Below are positions 49,682 to 58,051 of a DNA stretch of 64,000 nucleotides, one piece after another. The DNA comes from Cyanobacteria bacterium P01_D01_bin.156. GTDB lineage: Bacteria; Cyanobacteriota; Cyanobacteriia; Phormidesmidales; Phormidesmidaceae. The notes under the pieces were generated by a model, which did no database searches, was not told the origin of the DNA, and saw only the letters and a list, made by a program, of their open reading frames with translations. Position numbers and translations under genes: made by a program. How positions within the stretch are numbered: position 1 is the stretch's first letter; each line of letters begins with the position of its first letter. Location of the stretch: assembly GCA_039024555.1 (NCBI GenBank), contig JBCCQQ010000012.1:41347-105346 (forward strand), in the 5' to 3' direction.

Positions 49682-51049
49682 CTAACTTGTAGGAGACGGA
49701 TTGCTACTATCATTCCCAGATGAAGGCGGTGCCGAAGCACCCCTGGCACCAGATTGTTGTTTGGGGTTAGCTGCATTTTGAATCATGGCAATTTGAAACG
49801 AATCAGCCATTTTTTCTAGCGGTAAAAAATCACTTTTGAAATTTACTTCGACAGTGCCAGCAAGGCTAGCCTTAGTCTGTAAGGCTGCATCCGTACTTTC
49901 CTGGCTGGCGCTCGCCAAGGTTACCACTGGCGACTGAGTATGCTTGTAAGTTCCTTTCGAATAATAGCTTCCATCTCTTTTTTCCTCTTCTACATCTTCA
50001 GATTTTGCACCATCTTTGCTTTTTGATAGGTTAGTTGTTCTTCTCTCTTCTCCGCCCTCTTCCCCATAATCATACTCACCTTCAGAACCGTACATTCTTT
50101 CTAACTGGCCACTCGCATTCCTGGCATAATCGAACTGAGTAGCGCTTCGTCGAAACTTAAGGTTATCTCTAGCCTGGAAATTATACATAACTTTGGCTGA
50201 GATTTTTCCATCGGTTACCACAATTCTATTGATTCCCATAAGTACCATGGTTGCCAGCAATTGCTGACGACTGGTGGCTAGCTGGGTACGTGCTGCTGGA
50301 ACTAGCTTTTTCTCAATGCTTTCATCATCCAGGCTAGAAATCTGGCCACCGTCTACAGGAAGCGTATTGACTCTCTTAAGTGCTTCCGACTCATCAGCAT
50401 CATCTCGCAATCTCACTCTAGGCCCACCATTCTCATCCCCAAAATCGCCTGTGTCAATATCAACCACAAACAGATCGGGGAATTGATCGACTAAGTGATC
50501 CCGTCCCTGGTTAGCTGATACGTTTTCATCCCTGAATTGATCGATCGTTTTGGCGACATCTGCAACTAGCCGACCATAGGCTTCCATCTGCTCGATAGAA
50601 GATTGCACAATGGAGTGAAATACGCCGGAAATAAGACCAGAGACAAAGGTCGGAAAATTTACGCTCTGGAGCAATGCGCCAGCGACAGCAGCGCCTTCTC
50701 GTGCTGCTTGCGCCTGAAACTTTGGGCTGTTTGCTCTTTTTGTCAAATCTTCTCTAACGCCTGTTCTTGTTGGATTGCTAGCAATCTCTGCACGTCTGAG
50801 AGCATCATTCTCCAGTCCAATTGCATAGGGATCTTCTAGCGCCGTCTTCTGGCGCTTGGTCGTCGGTAGCTTATTGCCTCGGATGCCATCAGGTTCTGCC
50901 AGGTATGAAGCAATTTGAACAGTGTGGTTTGCAATTTCTTTTTGTTTGTCGGGGGGTAGAGAACAAAAGGCATCACTCTTTAGTAACAAGTCCTTCACAT
51001 TTTGACGGGCCAGTGATAGGGTTTCTCCACTGGGCTGATTGTTATTCAT
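49682..51049 (-). CDS. Hypothetical protein, family-X paralogue B
   Basis: VNFPTFVSGLISGVFHSIVQSSIEQMEAY, RQQLLATMVLMGINRIVVTDGKISAK, GTVEVNFKSDFLPLEKMA; ATG 51049 overlaps the upstream stop. Confidence 0.9.
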   Translation of the reverse strand: MNNNQPSGETLSLARQNVKDLLLKSDAFCSLPPDKQKEIANHTVQIASYLAEPDGIRGNKLPTTKRQKTALEDPYAIGLENDALRRAEIASNPTRTGVREDLTKRANSPKFQAQAAREGAAVAGALLQSVNFPTFVSGLISGVFHSIVQSSIEQMEAYGRLVADVAKTIDQFRDENVSANQGRDHLVDQFPDLFVVDIDTGDFGDENGGPRVRLRDDADESEALKRVNTLPVDGGQISSLDDESIEKKLVPAARTQLATSRQQLLATMVLMGINRIVVTDGKISAKVMYNFQARDNLKFRRSATQFDYARNASGQLERMYGSEGEYDYGEEGGEERRTTNLSKSKDGAKSEDVEEEKRDGSYYSKGTYKHTQSPVVTLASASQESTDAALQTKASLAGTVEVNFKSDFLPLEKMADSFQIAMIQNAANPKQQSGARGASAPPSSGNDSSNPSPTS

Positions 51050-52094
51050 AAGGGTGTCCTTTTGCCGATAGATTTGCGAGCTGATTTTCACCCAGTGCGA
51101 ATTCGATAGGGCGCAAATATAGGCTGACTTTGGCCGGATTATGCGGAGTGATAATGACGCTCAGCACAGAGAATTGGCCAGGCCAACCGTGGGTGTCGGG
51201 GGTAAAGGCCTGTAGCCAACGCTGTAAGGATTGTAGTTCTCGGGGGCGTTCTGCCAGTCCAAGGGTGAGGAGTTTGAGGAATTCTGGGGGAAAATCGGGA
51301 AGCATACCGAGGGCAACTTCTAGCTTGACTTCTGGATCTTTGAGTGATCCTGCTAAGCCGATGAAGAGTGATCGCGCAGGCAAGCTAAACCGTCCACCCA
51401 AAGAAAGTCCAAATACCTGCATCACAGCAGACATTTGGTGCTCTAGGCCCAAATGAGTCATGAGTGGATTAAGCTCGCTCAGACGCACGGGCTTCCAGTG
51501 CAAAAAGGTCAGCCGCTGCCGACCGCTATTGCGCTGACAAGAGATGGTGGTAAAAATCGGGACGAGATCTGGTAAATATGATTGGGCGGTTCGAGCCAGT
51601 TGCTGCAAAGCCGATGGCAGTGAATTGATTTGGTTTGGATGAATTTCGTAATAAACCTTGGAAGAATGTAGACCATCGCGATCATAGGAGTTGCCAAACC
51701 ATGCACCGTAGGTCAAGGTTGGATTGCCAAATAAACTGCGCCATTCTTCACTGCTTTGATCAAACCAGTGAAGTGCTTCTGGGCCGAATTGAGAATTGAC
51801 CAATCGGCGCATCTCTCGGGTCGATTCGTCTCGCCGGGAAACAGGTAGAACACCAGGGCCAAGTGGCTCAATCACAAAGCGGAGGGTTTTAGGTTCCCTT
51901 GCGGAGAACGAGGGCTCGAAAGGGATAGTTCCTGGTGCAAGCGTATTTTGAGCGTATTTTTGATCACCGACGGGTAGCTGAAATGAGCGATCTAGCAATC
52001 CCCCCACATATGGTAAAGGGTTACTGGCTCCAATGGTTTCAGCAGCCTGCTGAACCCGATACTTAATGGCATTGGCAGCAGCTTGTATAGACAT
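51042..52094 (-). CDS. Hypothetical protein, probable ABBA-fold / DMATS-like prenyltransferase homologue
   Basis: IPFEPSFS..PKTLRFVIEPLG, WFG...KVYYE, KVSLYLRP resemble the DMATS motifs P.E.S...LR...EP and K.Y; 350 aa; GAGGAG RBS. Confidence 0.5.
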   Translation of the reverse strand: MSIQAAANAIKYRVQQAAETIGASNPLPYVGGLLDRSFQLPVGDQKYAQNTLAPGTIPFEPSFSAREPKTLRFVIEPLGPGVLPVSRRDESTREMRRLVNSQFGPEALHWFDQSSEEWRSLFGNPTLTYGAWFGNSYDRDGLHSSKVYYEIHPNQINSLPSALQQLARTAQSYLPDLVPIFTTISCQRNSGRQRLTFLHWKPVRLSELNPLMTHLGLEHQMSAVMQVFGLSLGGRFSLPARSLFIGLAGSLKDPEVKLEVALGMLPDFPPEFLKLLTLGLAERPRELQSLQRWLQAFTPDTHGWPGQFSVLSVIITPHNPAKVSLYLRPIEFALGENQLANLSAKGHPYE

Positions 52095-52127
52095 AGTTTA
52101 TCTCCTCGGTAATTGCCTCCTGTTCAT

Positions 52128-54266
52128 CTAAATGTTGCCGACACCAACAGATTCGAGCATGTCTTGAGCAATCGATGGGATTTGGACAGGACGAGACGTC
52201 AGTGTTGGACCCTCATAGGGGTTGGCGTAGGTCTCAATTTTGTTATCTGGTGTTCCGGTTACAGCTAGCCATCGCTCACAGGCATTTACTAAATCTGAGT
52301 CATGTGGGCTAATCATCGCAGTTGATCCAGAGGCATGTCCGTACGGCATCGCGATCTCGTTGATGTCCAGAAGAGTAGGACTATTCACAGAAGATAAATC
52401 TGTTGCATGATTTGCGAGCCAGCGAATAATAACAGCGCCTGAAGATGCCATCGTTCGATATTGAATGCTGTTGCGCGGGCCGCCTAGGTCGGTTGCTGCA
52501 ACTTGGTCAATAACGCCATACATATCTTTCGCGCCATAAGCACCTTTCACCTCTGGGTCCGACAGGATTTTAATATCATCTTTAATCTGCCTTTCTAGTT
52601 TTACCGCTGCATAGTGCGCGATAGAGAATCCGTGTAAAGATAGATTTGCAGCTAAGTCTCGACCTGATTTTCGAATTTGTTCCTGGCTGACTCGGTATGG
52701 AATGCTGGAGCGCAGAAGCGTATCAACATTTGTTTGACGAGCAAATGACGAGATAGCAGAGATAAAGCGCATCCAAAGCATCTGAAAATCTCGGTTCACC
52801 AGTCCACTAGCTTCTCCGCCTGGAAATCCCAGCGTCCGAGCATAAAGATTACGCCTGTCGTATTCAGAAAACTGCTTGATATTATTTTCCATACGCTCGA
52901 ACAAAAGATCGCCCGCATGGCTTTTGCCCAAAGGCAACATTCCGATTTGAAAAAGCTCAACCAGCCTATCCACCACCTGAAATAGCTTTAGGTCTTCTAA
53001 AATGGCAGCGAAGTAAATTGCCTGCATTGCCAGAATGTTATCTTTGATGATCTCTACGCTAGATTCCTGTTCTAGATCGGGCAAATTGATCTCAAAAGTA
53101 GAGCCGGGCGCGTCTTCATCTGCGGCAATGTAGCGGCTCAAGGCCGTTTTTGTATGCAGAGAAAGGTACCTATCTTTAGCGGCGATTCCTTGATTCGCTA
53201 GCGTTTTGACAACTGTGGCCCACTGCTGTGTATTTACAGATTTGGAAGCGAACTTATTTTGGGATTGGCTGTTGCTTTCCTCGGCCAGAATGTCATAGAC
53301 CCCATCAAATAGATCTTTGTGATTGTTGTACTCGCTTCTTGCAAAAGAAAGCCCGTCTGTAAACCGGATGCCTAGCTTTGGATCGGTAATATGATTGCGC
53401 TGTAAGATACCATAAACCGCAGCGAGTTCTTTCTCATCGCTAGTAATACTTTGAAAGTTTTCTTGACTACGAAGCTTGCCAAAGAAGTGATCTTCAAGCT
53501 TTTGATTTGTTTGAGCAAAGGCCTTCCTCACTGCTTCAAACAAGGGATCTACCACCCAAGAACTGGGGCGAATAGGCGTGTCTTTGCTAACTTCTTCTAT
53601 CCCATAGAGCTTTCTGTTGATGGACCTTAGCTCTCTTTCGTGAGAATTTGGTAAGCTACCATTGTTTTTATTCTTTTTAGATAGGAGTTTAGTTCTCTCA
53701 CTTTCCAAAGCTTGGCGCAGTTGTTCATTGCGCTCTCGCATATCCACGAATGCCACTGAATTGCTAATGCTCTTTCTAGCTTCTCCAACAAATCTTTCTG
53801 GATTGGGTACGATGTCATTACCGTTCCTCCTGAGTTTATCTGTAATGATAGACTGATTGGCTTGTGCAAGTCTTTCAGGTGTGTCAAAACCATCATTAAT
53901 CAGTCTCTCTGCCGCCTGCACCAAGAGATCCGCATCAAGATTCTCCCCACCAGCTACCTGGTAAATAAATTGTGCTAAAGCATACTGCTTAGCCTCTTTC
54001 CGTAGTCCTTCTAGGTCAATGGAGCTAGCATCAATGCTTGTGAGGACGTTCTCAATTGTTGTTTGATCTCGACGGATAAAATCGTCCGTCTTGCCATTCA
54101 AAAGAAATACTAGTCTTGAAAAACTATCAATTCCGAACTTGGTGATAGCTTCTTGTCTTGCGTTGTCAATGCTGGAAATGTCTATCAGCATTTTACCGAA
54201 AGGACTCATTGATTTATTTCCTAAGTGATGTACAGATTTGAGGTGCTCTAGAGGGTTTACCCACAA
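52128..54266 (-). CDS. Hypothetical protein, family-Y domain with long N-terminal extension containing an HhH-like motif
   Basis: 712 aa ORF; AERLINDGFDTPERLAQA HhH-like segment; C-terminal half paralogous to 47461..48420; start uncertain (TTG 54266 or ATG 54209). Confidence 0.85.
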   Translation of the reverse strand: MWVNPLEHLKSVHHLGNKSMSPFGKMLIDISSIDNARQEAITKFGIDSFSRLVFLLNGKTDDFIRRDQTTIENVLTSIDASSIDLEGLRKEAKQYALAQFIYQVAGGENLDADLLVQAAERLINDGFDTPERLAQANQSIITDKLRRNGNDIVPNPERFVGEARKSISNSVAFVDMRERNEQLRQALESERTKLLSKKNKNNGSLPNSHERELRSINRKLYGIEEVSKDTPIRPSSWVVDPLFEAVRKAFAQTNQKLEDHFFGKLRSQENFQSITSDEKELAAVYGILQRNHITDPKLGIRFTDGLSFARSEYNNHKDLFDGVYDILAEESNSQSQNKFASKSVNTQQWATVVKTLANQGIAAKDRYLSLHTKTALSRYIAADEDAPGSTFEINLPDLEQESSVEIIKDNILAMQAIYFAAILEDLKLFQVVDRLVELFQIGMLPLGKSHAGDLLFERMENNIKQFSEYDRRNLYARTLGFPGGEASGLVNRDFQMLWMRFISAISSFARQTNVDTLLRSSIPYRVSQEQIRKSGRDLAANLSLHGFSIAHYAAVKLERQIKDDIKILSDPEVKGAYGAKDMYGVIDQVAATDLGGPRNSIQYRTMASSGAVIIRWLANHATDLSSVNSPTLLDINEIAMPYGHASGSTAMISPHDSDLVNACERWLAVTGTPDNKIETYANPYEGPTLTSRPVQIPSIAQDMLESVGVGNI

Positions 54267-54284
54267 ATGATTTCTATTTCCTGG

Positions 54285-55736
54285 TCAGAGACTCGTCTTT
54301 GGCGGCGGCAACCCAGAATGTGTCGATTTATCAATGCGCCTATCTAGAAGACTCAAAGCAGCATACGTATCTAGAACACCTAATCCACAGCCCTTAACAC
54401 TCTGCCTTTGCCATGGCTGTGCTGATGCATTCAATAACTGGTGAACATCAGCACTACTTAAAGGGAAGGAACGTCTTGCCGCTCGGCTCACCAACAATCC
54501 GGCGGCAGATGCAACGAAGGGGGCTGCAAAGCTGGTCCCTGTGACTAAAGAGTAGCCATTCAACCCAGCACTATGAATTTGCTCACCGGGTGCGCACAAG
54601 GTGACGTGCTCTCCTCTTGTACTAAAACGAGAGGGATTATTTTCTGCATCTACTGCGCCAACCGCAATCACGTTTGGCAGTGCTGCTGGATAGTATTGTT
54701 CCTCTTTGCTAGAATTGCCACTGGCAGCGACCATTACGCAGCCTCGGGTTAAACCATAGAGAACAACATCTGCATGAGGCTGAAAATCACTCACTTCTTC
54801 AGCAGGCGCAGGAGTACCAAAGCTCATATTGATCACTTTAGCACCCAAGTCGATGGCATATTTTACACCCAAATCAATGTCGGCAATTGATCCTAGCCCT
54901 ACCAAACGTTGTTTACCTGGAAACTTGGCCGCACCTAGAACCCGAACTGGCAACAAACTGCATGCTCCTGCTAGCCCTGGCGGTAAGTGCTGTCCGACTG
55001 CTCTCACAATCGCCGCACAAGCCGTTCCATGACCAACCAAATCTTCAGGATCAGTATCAATTCCCAGCTGGTCACCCACGAATCGAATTCCTGTTGCCAA
55101 GTCACCACTGCCTAGCTGCACAGTATCTACTCCTGCCCGCATCCGTCCTCGCAGCTCTGGATGCCCTTGCACCACTCCGGTATCCACCACCGCAACAATC
55201 ACTGCCGGATCACCTGGTTCATAGGCAAGGGCCTCCGCCATATTTACCTGCTGCCTCGACAGCCAAGCCTCTTCCAAACTCACCGAGGACACAGCACGTG
55301 ATGGCGTGGCCACATTGAAAGGCAGTGCCGAAAGATAATTAGGACCTGCTTGCTCAACTACGGCTGTCTGCCTTAACGCATCTACTAAATCGGTTATACA
55401 ACAAGCCCGATCTGCCTCAATTCGAAAGGTACGAGACAGCCCCGTCACATGTTCTACATCGTCATAGTTTCGGTGCCGCTGGCCAGGCCGACGACAGCTG
55501 GAGGCTGCCGTAAATACCCGACTAATCCGCACTCCATGGGAGAAATGTTTGAGAATGCGGTCTACAACACCAACATTCAGCCGAGCTGCCGCTTGCTGAG
55601 CATGGCACCGAACATCCAACGAGGTCGGAATGTTCTCGGGTGCTTCTCCTAATGCCAGTTTTATAACTAGGCTTCCTGGCAAACTGTAAAGCGGACTCCG
55701 AAACTCCCAAGGAGTTGTTAATCGCTGCACATTCAT
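54285..55736 (-). CDS. S8 family serine peptidase, no signal peptide
   Basis: VAVVDTG, GHGTACA, AASGN, GTSFAAPFVA; N-terminal pro-domain; ATGA overlap with the upstream gene. Confidence 0.95.
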   Translation of the reverse strand: MNVQRLTTPWEFRSPLYSLPGSLVIKLALGEAPENIPTSLDVRCHAQQAAARLNVGVVDRILKHFSHGVRISRVFTAASSCRRPGQRHRNYDDVEHVTGLSRTFRIEADRACCITDLVDALRQTAVVEQAGPNYLSALPFNVATPSRAVSSVSLEEAWLSRQQVNMAEALAYEPGDPAVIVAVVDTGVVQGHPELRGRMRAGVDTVQLGSGDLATGIRFVGDQLGIDTDPEDLVGHGTACAAIVRAVGQHLPPGLAGACSLLPVRVLGAAKFPGKQRLVGLGSIADIDLGVKYAIDLGAKVINMSFGTPAPAEEVSDFQPHADVVLYGLTRGCVMVAASGNSSKEEQYYPAALPNVIAVGAVDAENNPSRFSTRGEHVTLCAPGEQIHSAGLNGYSLVTGTSFAAPFVASAAGLLVSRAARRSFPLSSADVHQLLNASAQPWQRQSVKGCGLGVLDTYAALSLLDRRIDKSTHSGLPPPKTSL

Positions 55737-56506
55737 ATGTCACCTCCACTGTTAGTGACAATTTCTGGCATCCCAACATCAATCACGTCGGCAGAGGCCC
55801 AGTCAAAGTTGGTTTCTGCTACCATGCCAGGTGCTGTTTCCACCTGTAAAGCGCCGCTCATATGTGAGCCTGGATAATCCACCACAAGCTCCTTAGTTGT
55901 AGACTCCAAAATCTGAACATTTTCACCATTGATTCGCACTGTTGGTGGCTGTTTTTCTTGAGCTAGGTTAAAGCCTCGAATGCGCATACGGGACGTTCCT
56001 TCTGGCAATACCTGCTTCACCTGTGGCTGAGAAGCCCGTTTTAAGGCTGCTCGCAGCCGCATTGCTGGAATTTGAGAGATTTGTTCTACCACATTCTCAT
56101 TTTTCTGCTGTTGCAATTCGCGTAGCTGAGACACGCTATGAATGCCTGCCCATTCCAATCGACGCTGTTCTTCTTCCGTAATGTCATCTCCTAATACTTC
56201 TTTCAGCGAAGGTTCATCGGCTTCTGCTGTAAATGTATTTTCCTCAATCATCGGACGGGTGATAGTTGTGAAATCAAAATGCAGCACGCTGGTTTCTTTC
56301 GCATTTGGGCCTGCTGGACGAATGAGGATCTGGCTTTTGGCCATATCGACATGAGCGCGTAAATCAATCGAGAGTTCCTTGAGGGCAAAGGTCAAAGGCA
56401 GGCCAAACTGAGCCTTGAGAGACATACTTTTCTGCGCCCGGTCTAACTGACTGGTCAAGGCTTGAATGAAGTCTTCTAGGGGTAGTCCTTCCTCGTAATT
56501 GCTCAT
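55733..56506 (-). CDS. Hypothetical protein: Trypco2-like N-domain + HhH-like motif + IPT/TIG-like Ig domain
   Basis: LPLEDFIQALTSQLDRAQ...FALKELSIDLR; RRLEWAGIHSVSQL; PQVKQV...IRGFNL...PTVRING...G.LQVET. Confidence 0.7.
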   Translation of the reverse strand: MSNYEEGLPLEDFIQALTSQLDRAQKSMSLKAQFGLPLTFALKELSIDLRAHVDMAKSQILIRPAGPNAKETSVLHFDFTTITRPMIEENTFTAEADEPSLKEVLGDDITEEEQRRLEWAGIHSVSQLRELQQQKNENVVEQISQIPAMRLRAALKRASQPQVKQVLPEGTSRMRIRGFNLAQEKQPPTVRINGENVQILESTTKELVVDYPGSHMSGALQVETAPGMVAETNFDWASADVIDVGMPEIVTNSGGDI

Positions 56507-56745
56507 GTCTGATCTCCTAAATAAAGATTTATTTTTAATCGACTAGGTCGCTCTTCAAACCCTGTTTTTATCTCCCAGCGGGGTAGGTCGGCCAATAGTC
56601 GAAAGCCCACTTGCGTCATTTCTGCTCTGACTTCGATAGGAATATTGATAACGGCATTTGTTACCCGCAGCTCAGGGTGATCGTGCTCAATCGCATTAAC
56701 CGATTCCATCAGCTCTACCAGGGTTTCCCATAATTCTCGACGCAT
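56503..56745 (-). CDS. Small hypothetical protein (80 aa; helix + beta-strands)
   Basis: Starts 3 nt after the upstream stop; ATGA overlap downstream; GGAGG upstream. Confidence 0.8.
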   Translation of the reverse strand: MRRELWETLVELMESVNAIEHDHPELRVTNAVINIPIEVRAEMTQVGFRLLADLPRWEIKTGFEERPSRLKINLYLGDQT

Positions 56746-56748
56746 GCC

Positions 56749-58032
56749 TTAAGAACCTCCAGATTCAGCAGATGGGGACGGTACAGCAGAAGACGGTGCA
56801 GGCAGCGCAGTTGCTGGTGGGGAAGGCGTCTGTTGTGAATTAGCAGGTGGTGAGTTAGCAGGTGGTGAGCTAGTGGATAATGTGCGTGCATTACTTTGCA
56901 GAAGTGCTAGCTGTGCGGCATCTGCAAAGCTTTCTAACGGCAGGGTTTCACTAGCAAAATTAATTTTGACTTCCCCATATAGATCGGCCTTAATCACCGC
57001 ATCAGATTGAACATTAGCCTCAACCGTCGATACTTTCATGATCGACTGATAAGGATTACGGCCTCGCATTCCCCAAGAGTTTGAGCCAGTTGCTGTGCCC
57101 GGATCTTGTGAAACGGCATACTCAACGGCGGCTTTATCTCTTGCAGCTGCTCGAAACTTTAACTTGGCAGAAATAGAACCATCTCGAACAACAATCCGGT
57201 TCATCCCCATCAGTACCATGGTGGCCAAGGTCTGAAGTCGGTTCGAGCCATATTTACGCCGAGCCGCTGGAATGAGTTGCTCTTCAATCAAAGTTTGCGT
57301 AAAGTCTTCATCTGCTAAACCGTAATCCGCTAGCCAGCTAGGAGAAACATCGTCGCCGTCTTCATTGACGGTGTGCATCGGTCGTAAGCGCGGTTGCCCG
57401 CCGGAAAAATCTAGCTGTAAGTCTCTCGGATAAAGCTCTACTAGCCAGTCGCGAACTTGGTTGGGAGTGACGTTTTCGTCGGTAAATTGATTGACGTCTT
57501 TTGCGACTGCACTGACCAGTCCGGCAAAGGCTTCCATTTGCCGAATAGATGATTCAACAATGGCATCGAAAGTGCCATGCACCAGATTGGCAACAAATGT
57601 AGAAAAATCGAGTTCGTCTAAGACTGCACCTGCTGCGGTTGCAATCTTTTCGGTTGCTGTTTTCTTGGGTTGAGTTGGTGCAATCTCGCTATTTTCTTTG
57701 TTGATAGGCTGCTGGGTGCCTAATCTCTGGCGAGCTAAACCACGGCGACGAGCTAAATCATTGGGCGTTTCCATTGCCATAGCGTAGGGATCGCTTGCAG
57801 GTGGTGAGGGTTTAGCTTGCAGTGTAGGCTGAGCGGTTAATCCAAAGGCATAAGGATCAACTGCTGCTGGCTCAGGGGATTGCTGTAGAGCCTGTTGAAT
57901 AGAATCAAGATCGCGCTTTAGGGTCAGCTGTTGTTCAGGAGGCAGTGATTGAAAGGCAGGCGCTTGCTCTAGTCGCGATGCGACCTGATTTGTTAAATTC
58001 TGGGCGGCTATAATCTCTGAGGATCCGTTCAT
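56749..58032 (-). CDS. Hypothetical protein, family-X paralogue A
   Basis: LDFSTFVANLVHGTFDAIVESSIRQMEAF, RLQTLATMVLMGMNRIVVRDGSISAK, GEVKINFASETLPLE. Confidence 0.9.
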   Translation of the reverse strand: MNGSSEIIAAQNLTNQVASRLEQAPAFQSLPPEQQLTLKRDLDSIQQALQQSPEPAAVDPYAFGLTAQPTLQAKPSPPASDPYAMAMETPNDLARRRGLARQRLGTQQPINKENSEIAPTQPKKTATEKIATAAGAVLDELDFSTFVANLVHGTFDAIVESSIRQMEAFAGLVSAVAKDVNQFTDENVTPNQVRDWLVELYPRDLQLDFSGGQPRLRPMHTVNEDGDDVSPSWLADYGLADEDFTQTLIEEQLIPAARRKYGSNRLQTLATMVLMGMNRIVVRDGSISAKLKFRAAARDKAAVEYAVSQDPGTATGSNSWGMRGRNPYQSIMKVSTVEANVQSDAVIKADLYGEVKINFASETLPLESFADAAQLALLQSNARTLSTSSPPANSPPANSQQTPSPPATALPAPSSAVPSPSAESGGS

Positions 58033-58051
58033 TGTTTATCTCTAACGCTTC

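Noticed and set aside
51042..55736. Cyanobactin biosynthetic cluster (S8 protease plus prenyltransferase)
   Set aside because: No PatE-like precursor, YcaO heterocyclase or PatA/PatG C-terminal DUF seen; only the enzyme pairing is analogous.
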